This document shows positions 24,190-33,051 of a stretch of DNA of 64,000 nt, piece after piece. Under the pieces are notes generated by a model. That model had not been told where the DNA came from. It was given only the letters and a program-made list of their open reading frames with translations, and did no database searches. This DNA comes from a virus: the IMG/VR virus record IMGVR_UViG_3300022744_000001, positions 2,022 to 66,021 of that record; one strand, 5' to 3'. The number at the start of each line of letters is the position of its first letter. Positions within the stretch are counted from its first letter, which is position 1. The translations under genes and the position numbers were made by a program.

Positions 24190-27100
24190 TCAGGCCGGTA
24201 CATGGGGCATGATCCACCAGTTGGTCCCGTCGCAAGCTGCATGGAATCCTTGGCGCCCAGATGCCCCGAATGCAACACCGGTAGTGGCCAAAGTTCCGTT
24301 GATGTTTCCGGAGCTGGATTTCAATGTGAAAGTGTTGCTATCCGTGGTGGTCTTCATGAGTGTAAGAGAGTGTCCACCGCTACTAGCAGGTGCAGGCAGC
24401 TGAATGTTTGCGATAGCTCCGCCTGATGTGTCGATCATAGTAAACGCGCCAGAAGACAGAGTTCCGCTGCCTCCGAGTGAGTCTACCTTTGAAAGAATGA
24501 TGGCTCCATACCCAACGCCGAACCCGGACCCGGGCCGACGCCCCACATAGAGGTCTACTGAGTTTGTGGTTAGAACTGCGGTGCCTGCTGCTGGGGCGAT
24601 AACCACTGCGCCGTGGTCGCCAGAGCCAGCAGGGGCGCCCGTGGTCAGCGTGATGTCTCCGCCGTTCTGGTTGCCGCCGACAGCCGAAGTTGCTGTGATG
24701 TTGACCGCGCCGCCGACCCCAGAAGTGGCTGTGGTGCCCGCAGAGATATTTACGGTGCCACCAACACCATTGGCGTTGTTGGCGCCTCGGACCGTGACCG
24801 AGCCAGCGGTTCCAGACCCGGTTGAGACACCGCCTGCGATAGTGATGCTTCCACCATTTTGGTTGCTTCCAGCAGCTGCACCCGCGGTAACGACGATGGC
24901 GCCACCTGTGCCTGAACCGCTAGCAGCACCAGCAGTGATAGTGACTTGGCCGCCAGCCCCCGAGGTTGAACCGCCAGCCCCCGCAAGGAGCAGAGCAGTA
25001 CCTCCGCTACCTGTAGCGCCTCCAGCTCCCGCACGAAGGGACGCGCCACCTCCCCCAGAAGAGCCTCGGCTGCTGCCTGCGGTGAAACTGATATCTCCAC
25101 CGGCGCCGGACGTAGCAGAAGCATTCGCGCTGCCTCCTGTAGCGGTGAAGCTACCGCCGTTGCCGCTACCAGTGCCGCCGGTACCTCCAGTGAAGGTAAA
25201 GGAACCGCCGACACCAGTTTGACCAGCTCCACTCGAGGCCGCTCCCGCGTTGAATGTGAAGCTTCCGCCGTTGTTGGCGCTCAAGCTTCCACCGCTGCCG
25301 CCAGTGAAAGTGATCGAACCGCCAGAGCCGCTCGATGTGCTGCCACAAGTGAGGGCGATGGAGCCACCAGCACCCGATGTTGAAGCGCCCGCAGTGATTT
25401 GAAGGGCTCCGCCAGCACCAGAGGTAGAACCGCCCACGCCTGAGAACAGCTGGAGAACAGCACCTGCTCCCGTTGCGCCCGAGGTACCGGGTTGAACCAG
25501 AAGGGCGCCCGCCGCCGAAGCACCGAAACCATCACCGGTTCGAATCGTGGTGGTTCCGCCAACCGCCGACGAACCGCCAGAGACGGCATCCGCCCCCTTG
25601 ATGGTTACAGAGCCTGCTGTGCCGCCGTTAGTCGGGGAGCCACCCGTGATGGTGATTGCACCACCAGCTTGAGTGGTACCTACGCCCGCTCCGCCCGTGA
25701 TGGAGAGGGCTCCGCCAGCACCAGACGTCGTAGCTGCACCACCCTGGAGAGAAAGGGTGCCTCCAGCTCCAGAAGTGGCACCACCAGGACCGCCTTTGAC
25801 GACTACCGAGCCGCCCGTGTTGGTACCTCCAGGAGTGCCGCCTTGGATGGTGACTGTGCCACCGTTACCCGCGGCAAGAGAGGTGCCTCCGTTGATGTTG
25901 AGGGCACCACCAGCACCGGTCAGGCCCCCGGTACCTCCCTGTGCTGTCAGGGAGTACCCAGTTCCAGCTCCGACAAGATCGGCAGGTTTGATAGTCGGGG
26001 AGGTGCCAGTGGTAACAACCACCCCGCTATCAATCAATGCTGTAGCCGCCGAGCTACTCCAGACGGGGACCCCGTTGGTGTTCCCAGAACCTGGGCCTGT
26101 GACCCCGCCCCCACCTCCGGTTCCTCCAAGAGGGAGCACTCGCCACGCGTTGCTGGTGTAGTCCCGCACTAGCAACGCCGCAGAACCACCAGTCAGGGAG
26201 TAATCGGTTGCCGAAGGGCAAATAAGCCGATTGAATGCAGACGATCCAGCATCTTGGTGTTTGAGGGTCAGTGTCGTACTGGAGCGGTTTACAAGGAAAC
26301 GCTGTGAGTAGGACAGGTCGAGGTCAGTGTCGCGGAAGAAGCCCGTAACGGTTGCACCCGAAGTGACCGCATCAAAAAAGATCGTCCGCGCAAAACGCCA
26401 CTTGTAGATGTCTCCAAGCTTGTAGTCGTTGTTGGTGCCGCTGACCGAGACCGACGCGGTCTGCTCGATGGAGGGGTAAGTGAAAAGGTTGTCACTCGTC
26501 CCGCCAAAGTTGTTGTTCGCGAACTTCGAAGCGTTGTTGTTCGTTGCGTCGGTAGTGACAGGATTGTTGAACAACACGATTGAGGCCGGGGCACCGTCGT
26601 CAACCAAGTACCCAGAGGTTCCGACGTTCGCGTTGAAGATCTGAAGGTACCCTCCGTTGGTAATGAATGGGTACCCTGTGATACCTGCCAACCAAGTGCT
26701 TGCTGGGAATTCACAATAGACGTCGAGCGATCCGCCATTGCCTGCATTAATCCACGAAGACGTTGCGGCCCCATCGGTGTAGAGCTGGGAAAATCTCCCC
26801 AAGGTAATCGAGGGGTAATCGCTGGGGCTCATCGTATAGAGGGCCCCAGACGTCTTGTGGTTGACCATCACTACGTTTTCGATTCGACGAGGCAGCTTAA
26901 CGATGACCGCGGGGTCATAGAAGTTCATGACCGCTGTGCCGAGAGGATCTGTTGACGAGCGGCCAACGATCTCACAGTCCGTGAAGTCAAAGGAGTTGCT
27001 ACCGCTAAGGGGTACATTCGTAAGCAGCGTGATTCGACACGGGCCAGGGTGCCTTGCTGCAAGAAGCAGAGCCATGTCGTTATACGTGTTGCCCGAAGGT

Positions 27101-27192
27101 GAGGCTCCCGAGTCAAACACGAAGTCAGCCACCACGATTTCCTCGAAGGTGTGCCCAGCGGCGCTCGACAAAACTGGATAGCGATTCGACAT
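24190..27192 (-). CDS. glycine-rich repeat fibre/tailspike-like protein (1000 aa)
   Basis: A ~370-aa non-repetitive N-terminal region is followed by ~500 aa of degenerate GGxG/GAGG repeats (for example GGTGGLTGAGGALNINGGTSLAAGNGGTVTIQGG). The C-terminal domain is distinct. Confidence 0.65.
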   Translation of the reverse strand: MSNRYPVLSSAAGHTFEEIVVADFVFDSGASPSGNTYNDMALLLAARHPGPCRITLLTNVPLSGSNSFDFTDCEIVGRSSTDPLGTAVMNFYDPAVIVKLPRRIENVVMVNHKTSGALYTMSPSDYPSITLGRFSQLYTDGAATSSWINAGNGGSLDVYCEFPASTWLAGITGYPFITNGGYLQIFNANVGTSGYLVDDGAPASIVLFNNPVTTDATNNNASKFANNNFGGTSDNLFTYPSIEQTASVSVSGTNNDYKLGDIYKWRFARTIFFDAVTSGATVTGFFRDTDLDLSYSQRFLVNRSSTTLTLKHQDAGSSAFNRLICPSATDYSLTGGSAALLVRDYTSNAWRVLPLGGTGGGGGVTGPGSGNTNGVPVWSSSAATALIDSGVVVTTGTSPTIKPADLVGAGTGYSLTAQGGTGGLTGAGGALNINGGTSLAAGNGGTVTIQGGTPGGTNTGGSVVVKGGPGGATSGAGGTLSLQGGAATTSGAGGALSITGGAGVGTTQAGGAITITGGSPTNGGTAGSVTIKGADAVSGGSSAVGGTTTIRTGDGFGASAAGALLVQPGTSGATGAGAVLQLFSGVGGSTSGAGGALQITAGASTSGAGGSIALTCGSTSSGSGGSITFTGGSGGSLSANNGGSFTFNAGAASSGAGQTGVGGSFTFTGGTGGTGSGNGGSFTATGGSANASATSGAGGDISFTAGSSRGSSGGGGASLRAGAGGATGSGGTALLLAGAGGSTSGAGGQVTITAGAASGSGTGGAIVVTAGAAAGSNQNGGSITIAGGVSTGSGTAGSVTVRGANNANGVGGTVNISAGTTATSGVGGAVNITATSAVGGNQNGGDITLTTGAPAGSGDHGAVVIAPAAGTAVLTTNSVDLYVGRRPGSGFGVGYGAIILSKVDSLGGSGTLSSGAFTMIDTSGGAIANIQLPAPASSGGHSLTLMKTTTDSNTFTLKSSSGNINGTLATTGVAFGASGRQGFHAACDGTNWWIMPHVPA

Positions 27193-27320
27193 GGTCCCTC
27201 AACTGGAAAACAGCTGCTACCCAAGGCTGGTTTGACAGTAGTTTATTGGGGGCTTTCGCTAACCCTTCAAGCTTCGATAAGCCTCTCATGTAGAGCGCTA
27301 GGCATGAAGGTGCGGTACCC

Positions 27321-28517
27321 ATGACTGCCTCAGCTATCTGCCAGGTCCAAGACGGCGCTGGGCCGTTCCTGACCCCTACCAACGGCCTCGACGTCACTCA
27401 AGGCAATACAGTCTCGATCACGCTCGCTTCAACGACTGACGTGTCTGTTTGGACGCTTCAGATCTTTGGCGTGGATGAAGTCACAGCGACGGCTCCAACG
27501 CTTTCAGGGGTAGACCCGGACACGCACCAAGTCACGACCCCAGGGACAACCGTCACGTTCACGGTTCCGGCTGGGGCGGGCATCGGTCGAGCGTTCCTCA
27601 TTCGCTCTTCCGTGAATGGTGGTGGGTCGAGCCTCACCACGACTTTCGGGCTGTACACGCTGACGTCTTCTGGGCGACGGGTTGGCGCAGTCGGAGAGCG
27701 CTTTGAAGGCAACAACCTTTTCGGGTGGGCCTCGACGGTCAACTCCATCATCCGTGCCGGTGGCGGGGGTGGCGGACTCCCTCCGTTGGCGGGGGTGCAG
27801 TACGCAGTTTTGATGGAAGACCCAGTCGGGGTCCTCACCTTCCAGCAACTGACTCAGAACATGATTGCCCCGGCTTTCGCGATTGCGTCTTTCGCGAAAA
27901 CCGCCCCCAGCGGTTCCGCAACCTTGGTTCGCCGCGGGCAGCTGCTCTCAGGTCTCACAGCAGCCGCGACCTACACTTCCGGGCCCCCAACCTCGGCGAG
28001 CATCGCCAACACGTTAGGGGGCAGCTCAGACGTCGGGGACAACCCCCCGGGGCCTTGGACGATCAACGCCCCTTACGCCACGGCTTCCATGTCTGGGGCG
28101 ATCAGGCGGATCGGTTCTGACCTTGGGTTGAACCCAACCTGGACCTTCACTCTGACCGCCACGAAAAACGCACTCTCGGTTCAGAGCGGCGTGACCGTCA
28201 CATGGACCCGAGACGTGTACTGGGGCGTCGGCCCGGCTGGCTTTTCCACAGAAGCGGACATCGTGGGGTTGGCGGGTAGCACGCTTCAAGTCGGGCGAAA
28301 CCGCATCATCACGGTGAGCCCCTCGAACGAGAAAGTCTACTACGCCTACCCCAAGGCAGATGGCCTCGCCACATTCACTTTGAACAACTTCCCAGCCTCG
28401 TTCCTGGCTCCGGTCGAGGTGCAAGTCACCAACGTCAACAGCGTGACGAGCACCTACTACCTCTACGAGTCAACGAACCTCCTCACCGGTTCCAACCTCA
28501 ACTTCGTGGTGACGTGA
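27321..28517 (+). CDS. structural-like hypothetical protein (398 aa)
   Basis: Divergent from the fibre gene. Thr/Ser/Gly-rich, beta-like composition. Translationally coupled (TGACATG) to the next fibre-like gene. Confidence 0.55.
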   Translation: MTASAICQVQDGAGPFLTPTNGLDVTQGNTVSITLASTTDVSVWTLQIFGVDEVTATAPTLSGVDPDTHQVTTPGTTVTFTVPAGAGIGRAFLIRSSVNGGGSSLTTTFGLYTLTSSGRRVGAVGERFEGNNLFGWASTVNSIIRAGGGGGGLPPLAGVQYAVLMEDPVGVLTFQQLTQNMIAPAFAIASFAKTAPSGSATLVRRGQLLSGLTAAATYTSGPPTSASIANTLGGSSDVGDNPPGPWTINAPYATASMSGAIRRIGSDLGLNPTWTFTLTATKNALSVQSGVTVTWTRDVYWGVGPAGFSTEADIVGLAGSTLQVGRNRIITVSPSNEKVYYAYPKADGLATFTLNNFPASFLAPVEVQVTNVNSVTSTYYLYESTNLLTGSNLNFVVT

Positions 28518-28518
28518 C

Positions 28519-29820
28519 ATGGCCATCGGGTTAACTGACATTCTCGTTGCGCTTGGCAACTTCCCGCTGCTCGAGGACATCTTCTTGAAGGGGGGTTTTC
28601 GGGCGGTAGATAACCCCGAAGCGAGAGACGACATTGACCCCAGCATGCAGAAAAGCGGGATGCTCGTTTGGGTGGAGTCCGAAGGGAAGCTCTACCAAAT
28701 GGCAGAAGGGTGGGTTGAGGTCTCTCTTGGGCCAGGCAACGGCTCTACTAACACAGTCCCCGTTTGGTCAAACCCCTCGAACACTCTGGCAAACAGCACA
28801 GATTCGATCGGGGCGGTTAGGTTAGGCTCAAGTGCCGGACAAAACATCATCGTACAACCCACAGCATCCCTTGATGCTGGAGGTGCGAACGTAGAGGTCA
28901 ACGGAGGGGCGGGCGGGCCGACTTCCAATGGAGGTTATGCCTTACTTTACGGCGGTGCTGGTGGGGAGACATCTGGAGATGGCGGCAACGCCTATGTGGC
29001 AGCAGGCGATGCGACCACCGAGGGTCACGGCGGGTACGTTACAATCAATGGTGGTTATGCCGAAGGCACTGACAAAAACGGCGGAAGTGTTCATCTTGAA
29101 GGCGGGCTCCCAACTGGACTCGGGTCACCTGGGAGTATATCGCTCCAAGCGGCGGGCAACACTTCAACAGTTGGCGGCAACGTTGTCCTTAGTGTTGGAG
29201 AGGGCTCGTCCGCCGCTAATGATGGTACCGTACTAATTGCTACCGTAGGAAACTCCAGTCGCGCAGCCCGTCTTCAGTTCCTTGGGAGTAACACTAACCC
29301 CATCAGCATCAAAGCCCCGGCAACGGTCACCACCTACGAGATGACGCTTCCTAGCTCCCAAGGCGGAGCAGGTACCGTTCTGACCAACGATGGTAGCGGC
29401 GGTTTGACTTGGTCCGCTGGTGGCGGAGGCATGGGGGACTATCAGATTAACGCTTCTGTAACGTCCCCTGACGCCACTCCCTTGACGGTTCACACTTACA
29501 CGGACCCAGTGAACACTGATCGTGCCATTATTTGCTATGACATTTTAGCGACGGCGATTGGGCCTTTCGGGAACCGCTACGCGTCGTTCAAAATCAATGC
29601 AGTGTTCGAAATGGACGCCATTTCCGAAGTGATCCACCCTCGAGAAGTCACATACCTAAACGGCCCTGTTCGGACAAACCCCGCTTGGAATGTGCAGTTT
29701 GACATCGTGGGGGCTGACATCAATCTTCAAGTGGTTGGCGAGTCCAATGGTACCGAAGGAACACGATGGCGGATCGTCGGGTTCATTACTCGCAGCGGCT
29801 TCACGTTCTCCGAGGCGTGA
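28519..29820 (+). CDS. glycine-rich tail-fibre-like protein (433 aa)
   Basis: GGAGGPTSNGGYALLYGGAGGETSGDGGNAYVAAGD repeats resemble those in 24190..27192. Also contains ISIKAPATVTTYEMTLPSSQGGAGTVLTNDGSGGLTWS. Confidence 0.6.
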   Translation: MAIGLTDILVALGNFPLLEDIFLKGGFRAVDNPEARDDIDPSMQKSGMLVWVESEGKLYQMAEGWVEVSLGPGNGSTNTVPVWSNPSNTLANSTDSIGAVRLGSSAGQNIIVQPTASLDAGGANVEVNGGAGGPTSNGGYALLYGGAGGETSGDGGNAYVAAGDATTEGHGGYVTINGGYAEGTDKNGGSVHLEGGLPTGLGSPGSISLQAAGNTSTVGGNVVLSVGEGSSAANDGTVLIATVGNSSRAARLQFLGSNTNPISIKAPATVTTYEMTLPSSQGGAGTVLTNDGSGGLTWSAGGGGMGDYQINASVTSPDATPLTVHTYTDPVNTDRAIICYDILATAIGPFGNRYASFKINAVFEMDAISEVIHPREVTYLNGPVRTNPAWNVQFDIVGADINLQVVGESNGTEGTRWRIVGFITRSGFTFSEA

Positions 29821-30262
29821 TGAGCTTCGATAGCACGTCGAGGAATCCGACGTTGTAGAGCGCGTTGGGTCGTCGCTCCTGGACGACCCGAATGCACTCC
29901 TCCCCGGTCATGCCCGTGAGCATGTGCAAGGCCAGGGCACTCACGAGCCCACTACGGTTCCACCCCATCTGGCAGGTGACCAGCACCGGTCTCTTGGCTT
30001 GGAGGGCCAGGGTGACGCCCCGAGCCCCCTTTACAGCGATGTGCAGCTCCCGCTCCGTGATGGGGCGCTCTTGGTCCTCGTTTGGGGCGTAGATGACCTC
30101 GAGCCCAGGGAACCGCTTCTCCGGGGGCTGGTTCTCTTTGGCGCAGAGAACGAGCACCTTGAACCCCACGGAAGCCAAGTAGCTCCCCTCGGGGGGCTTG
30201 GAGCCTTGCCAGAGGCCAGGGTGGATTTCGTTGACATCGAGCCCTGCGGGGTAAACCTTCAT
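29801..30262 (-). CDS. dual-specificity/tyrosine-type protein phosphatase (CX5R)
   Basis: Active-site loop VLVTCQMGWNRSGLVSA fits C-X5-R-S. 153 aa. Confidence 0.7.
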   Translation of the reverse strand: MKVYPAGLDVNEIHPGLWQGSKPPEGSYLASVGFKVLVLCAKENQPPEKRFPGLEVIYAPNEDQERPITERELHIAVKGARGVTLALQAKRPVLVTCQMGWNRSGLVSALALHMLTGMTGEECIRVVQERRPNALYNVGFLDVLSKLITPRRT

Positions 30263-30290
30263 GCCTCAGTGACACCGGTATAGAAACTCC

Positions 30291-30319
30291 AGGGCTCCTG
30301 CGTTACCAGGGCAAGGAGA
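30291..30319 (+). promoter_or_regulatory. conserved upstream motif, copy 1
   Basis: AGGGCTCCTGCGTTACCAGGGCAAGGAGA sits immediately 5' of ATG 30327. It shares GGGCTC..GCGTTACCAGGGCAAGGA with 35163-35193. Confidence 0.5.
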
Positions 30320-30326
30320 ACGAGCC

Positions 30327-30584
30327 ATGTCGAAGTGTCAAGCCGGAACCCACATCACCATCGAACGCGACGGTCGCGAAATCGACGTCCTGGTCAACGG
30401 GTTCGTCATCCTGGAAGAGGGTCAGGTTGTTGATGCGGAGTTCACCGACGCCCACGACGACAACGGCGAGATCAAGCTCACCGAGAGCGAAATCGATACC
30501 GCTACCGACGAACTGATGGGCTCCTATGACAACCATCTCGAGGACGGGGAGGAGTTCCCGGAGCATGGCTACGACCACGACTGA
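30327..30584 (+). CDS. small acidic protein (85 aa)
   Basis: ATG lies 8 nt after AAGGAG. Highly acidic. Confidence 0.55.
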   Translation: MSKCQAGTHITIERDGREIDVLVNGFVILEEGQVVDAEFTDAHDDNGEIKLTESEIDTATDELMGSYDNHLEDGEEFPEHGYDHD

Positions 30585-30695
30585 GGGTTTGTTTTAGGTA
30601 GACGATCGCAGGCATTCTGGAGTACAACATCCAGACTGATCTTTTGTGACATCCCTGTGTCAGACCATGCGCAACATATAGCGCCGCTGACCATG

Positions 30696-30721
30696 AGGCT
30701 CTACTACTCCTAGTAGAGCCT
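30696..30721 (+). terminator. 11-bp hairpin
   Basis: AGGCTCTACTA-ctcc-TAGTAGAGCCT, about 110 nt downstream of 30327..30584. Confidence 0.35.
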
Positions 30722-30742
30722 GTAAATTCGTTACGTCAAGGG

Positions 30743-30771
30743 TTGACGCGTTACAAAATGCGGGATACGTT
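30743..30771 (+). promoter_or_regulatory. sigma-70-like promoter
   Basis: TTGACG, a 17-nt spacer, then TACGTT. The -35 context TTGACGCGT recurs at 63150. Confidence 0.4.
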
Positions 30772-30777
30772 GCGGGT

Positions 30778-30874
30778 ACTTTCCAAGGTTCATTGCCACC
30801 TTGAAGCGCAAGCCCCCAACTCCAAAACCCCCGGAAAGTGAAAGCGGCTGACCCCCTCAGCCGCTTTCGTCTTT
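30778..30874 (+). ncRNA. candidate small RNA (promoter to terminator, ~95 nt)
   Basis: Downstream of the promoter: hairpin CAAGGT-N8-ACCTTG (30784-30803), the C-rich stretch CCCCCAACTCCAAAACCCCC, then AAAGCGGCTGA-ccccc-TCAGCCGCTTT followed by CGTCTTT (30841-30874). No ORF. Confidence 0.3.
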
Positions 30875-31156
30875 ATGCATGCAGGGGAAGCAAATCCGGT
30901 AGGTCGTGAACCGGCCATTGAGCGGGCGATACGCTTCTCCTTTGGCAGGGATGGCTCTCGCGCACAAGCAGCACTCCCAAGGCTTTTTGGTGATGGTCCG
31001 GGCCCAGAGGACTCGGACAGTGCAGCCCTCGACGGTCAGGTTGGAGAGGTAGGAGGTCCCGGGGAGGAACTCCTTCTTGTTCGTGATTGAGACCACAGAG
31101 TAGGTTTGGCACAGAACCGGTGTCAGTGTCACCGATGCGTGATGCCCCCGCCCCAC
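30857..31156 (-). CDS. hypothetical Cys-rich protein (start uncertain)
   Basis: 99-aa ORF containing CCLCARAIP...CFPCMH. Its N-terminal ~20 nt overlap the divergent ARH gene, so an internal start is possible. Confidence 0.35.
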   Translation of the reverse strand: MGRGHHASVTLTPVLCQTYSVVSITNKKEFLPGTSYLSNLTVEGCTVRVLWARTITKKPWECCLCARAIPAKGEAYRPLNGRFTTYRICFPCMHKDESG

Positions 31157-32049
31157 TTCTTGGTCAAGCCATCGCTGATGCCCTGGGTATGCCGTTCGAG
31201 TTGTGTGGTCCCGAAGATCCCAAGTTGAAGGACTGGGATGGGCAGACCTACCACTCGAGCGAGTACCACAAGCTCATGCCAGGGCAGTGGTCCGACGACA
31301 CGATGATGGCCAAGCTCCTGGCCGAAAGCCTTCTCCAGGTGGGCGGGTATGACCCGGAGAACGCAGCCAAACGCTACCTGGGTTGGTACAAGAGCGGGGA
31401 CCACCGGGGGATGGGGACGGCGACCAGGACCGCCCTCGGTCGCCTGGACGAGGGCAAGGATTGGTCGGAGTCCGGAGTCGAGAACGCCCAGGGGAACGGG
31501 ACCGCCATGAGGGCGATCCCTCTCGGGGTTTTCTTCCGGAACCGTCTCGACCTCCTCGTCGAGGCTGCAAGCTTGGACTCTCACATCACCCATCGGTCGG
31601 ACGAGGCTGAGGAGGGGGCGATCGCAATCGCCCTGGCTGCCGCATACCTCTACCGTGGCCTCCCGAAGGATGAGCTTCCAGAGGCTATCTCGAGGCGGCT
31701 CAAAGACGGCCCCATCAAGACCGGAGTCATGAAGTGCGAGTTCTACCTTCGCACCGGCGGAGTCTCGGTTGGGGAAGCACTCCGAGTCATTGGCACGAAA
31801 CCCCACGTGGTCCAGACCGTGCCCGCTGCCCTGGCCGCGTTCCTTTTGTCCAAGACCTACCTGGAGGCTGTCCAAGCTGCGATTCGGGCCGGGGGCGATA
31901 CGGACACCACAGCCGCCATCGCCGGTGGCCTGGCGGGCATCTACTACGGTCGCCAAGCCATCCCCGCGGACCTCATCCCTCCGCTCGAGGCCGCAGACGC
32001 CCTCAGTGGGCTCGACTTCCAACTCAACACCCCTGCCCGTGAACTCTGA
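31135..32049 (+). CDS. ADP-ribosylglycohydrolase (DraG/ARH family)
   Basis: GQAIADALGMPFE, QWSDDTMM, GNGTAMRAIPLG and GGDTDTTAAIAGGLAG blocks. ATG 31135 chosen within the track ORF that starts at 31087. Confidence 0.85.
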   Translation: MRDAPAPLLGQAIADALGMPFELCGPEDPKLKDWDGQTYHSSEYHKLMPGQWSDDTMMAKLLAESLLQVGGYDPENAAKRYLGWYKSGDHRGMGTATRTALGRLDEGKDWSESGVENAQGNGTAMRAIPLGVFFRNRLDLLVEAASLDSHITHRSDEAEEGAIAIALAAAYLYRGLPKDELPEAISRRLKDGPIKTGVMKCEFYLRTGGVSVGEALRVIGTKPHVVQTVPAALAAFLLSKTYLEAVQAAIRAGGDTDTTAAIAGGLAGIYYGRQAIPADLIPPLEAADALSGLDFQLNTPAREL

Positions 32050-32062
32050 GACCCTCCGCTGC

Positions 32063-32290
32063 ATGGGGCTGGGGATTTGCCCCCAGTGCAAAGGGCCAGC
32101 TCGGAATGAGCCACCCTCGGGCTACTTCTGGTGTCCAAAGTGCAAGCGAATTCTTTGGCATTTGCGCCGGATAGCGGCTACCACTGCCAAATCGGAGGGT
32201 TCGGGGGATGCTGGAAGACAACAAGCTGAGGATTTTCGAGAGGTTCTCGGTAGACAAGGAGCTTCCGAAGTTCCAAAAGCCGAAGGGTGA
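32063..32290 (+). CDS. possible small zinc-ribbon protein
   Basis: ATG 32063. CPQCKG...CPKCKR. The 3' third overlaps the next gene, so its extent is uncertain. Confidence 0.3.
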   Translation: MGLGICPQCKGPARNEPPSGYFWCPKCKRILWHLRRIAATTAKSEGSGDAGRQQAEDFREVLGRQGASEVPKAEG

Positions 32291-33047
32291 GAACGTAGAA
32301 CTCGTTCGAGCGGACGGGTCCACGGACCACGCCGTGATTTACGAGTTTGCGATCGACCTGGTCAATAGAGGCTGGACAGAGGGCATCGAAATCACGGAAG
32401 CCGTCGCGGACCGGATTACGTTGCGGGGCCGAGTCAAAGGGTTTCGTGGCTGGCTCCGGAAGCTGCTCCATTGGGTCACCCAGAGGCCGAGCATCACCAT
32501 CCCTCAGTTCTTCACCCTCGTGAAGGGTTCCGTGAAGGACCTCGAGATCGTGGAGGCGCGTGCCAAGGGGTACGAGGAGGCCATCTCCAACGCCCGCAAG
32601 TTCGGCCAGAAAGCCCTCGTTGAGGAGCTGACACAGAACCTGGTTGCGGTCCGGCTCGAGGCGCACTTGGTCACGATGGGGCTGACCAAGTACCTGACCG
32701 AGGACAAGCTCGTCGAATTCGTGAAGCTGTGCCCGAAGGGGCTCCGGCTCGACTGGATCGCGAACTTTGGGCGTCGCATCCCCACAGAGCTGCTCGAGCG
32801 CAAGCTCGCCTGCGACGAACGGTTCCTCTTCGACAACTACGTCATCCTCCACTACGACCCCAAAGGCAAGAGCTGGAAGGAAACGGAAGCCGAGAAGGCC
32901 GCCCGCAAAGACCCGATCCTCTTCGGGGTCATGAAGGGGCGCCGCCAGCTCTACTACCTCGGGGACTGGGTCGATGAGCTTTGCGACCTCACGCTCGACC
33001 AGATTGCAGATACGATTGGGAAGAGTGCGATCGGGGAGCTGAAATAA
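32208..33047 (+). CDS. hypothetical protein (279 aa)
   Basis: ATG ORF with TAA stop and good coding-like composition. No family recognised. Confidence 0.6.
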   Translation: MLEDNKLRIFERFSVDKELPKFQKPKGENVELVRADGSTDHAVIYEFAIDLVNRGWTEGIEITEAVADRITLRGRVKGFRGWLRKLLHWVTQRPSITIPQFFTLVKGSVKDLEIVEARAKGYEEAISNARKFGQKALVEELTQNLVAVRLEAHLVTMGLTKYLTEDKLVEFVKLCPKGLRLDWIANFGRRIPTELLERKLACDERFLFDNYVILHYDPKGKSWKETEAEKAARKDPILFGVMKGRRQLYYLGDWVDELCDLTLDQIADTIGKSAIGELK

Positions 33048-33051
33048 CCCA

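Noticed and set aside
24566-26172. Pro/Ala/Val-rich plus-strand ORFs, and the idea of a DNA-level repeat array inside the fibre gene
   Set aside because: They are antisense translations of the Gly-rich repeats (GGN read as NCC). The repeats are degenerate at nucleotide level, so this is not a CRISPR or satellite array.
24190-29820. Diversity-generating retroelement acting on the fibre genes
   Set aside because: No reverse transcriptase ORF and no template/variable repeat pair could be found in the window.
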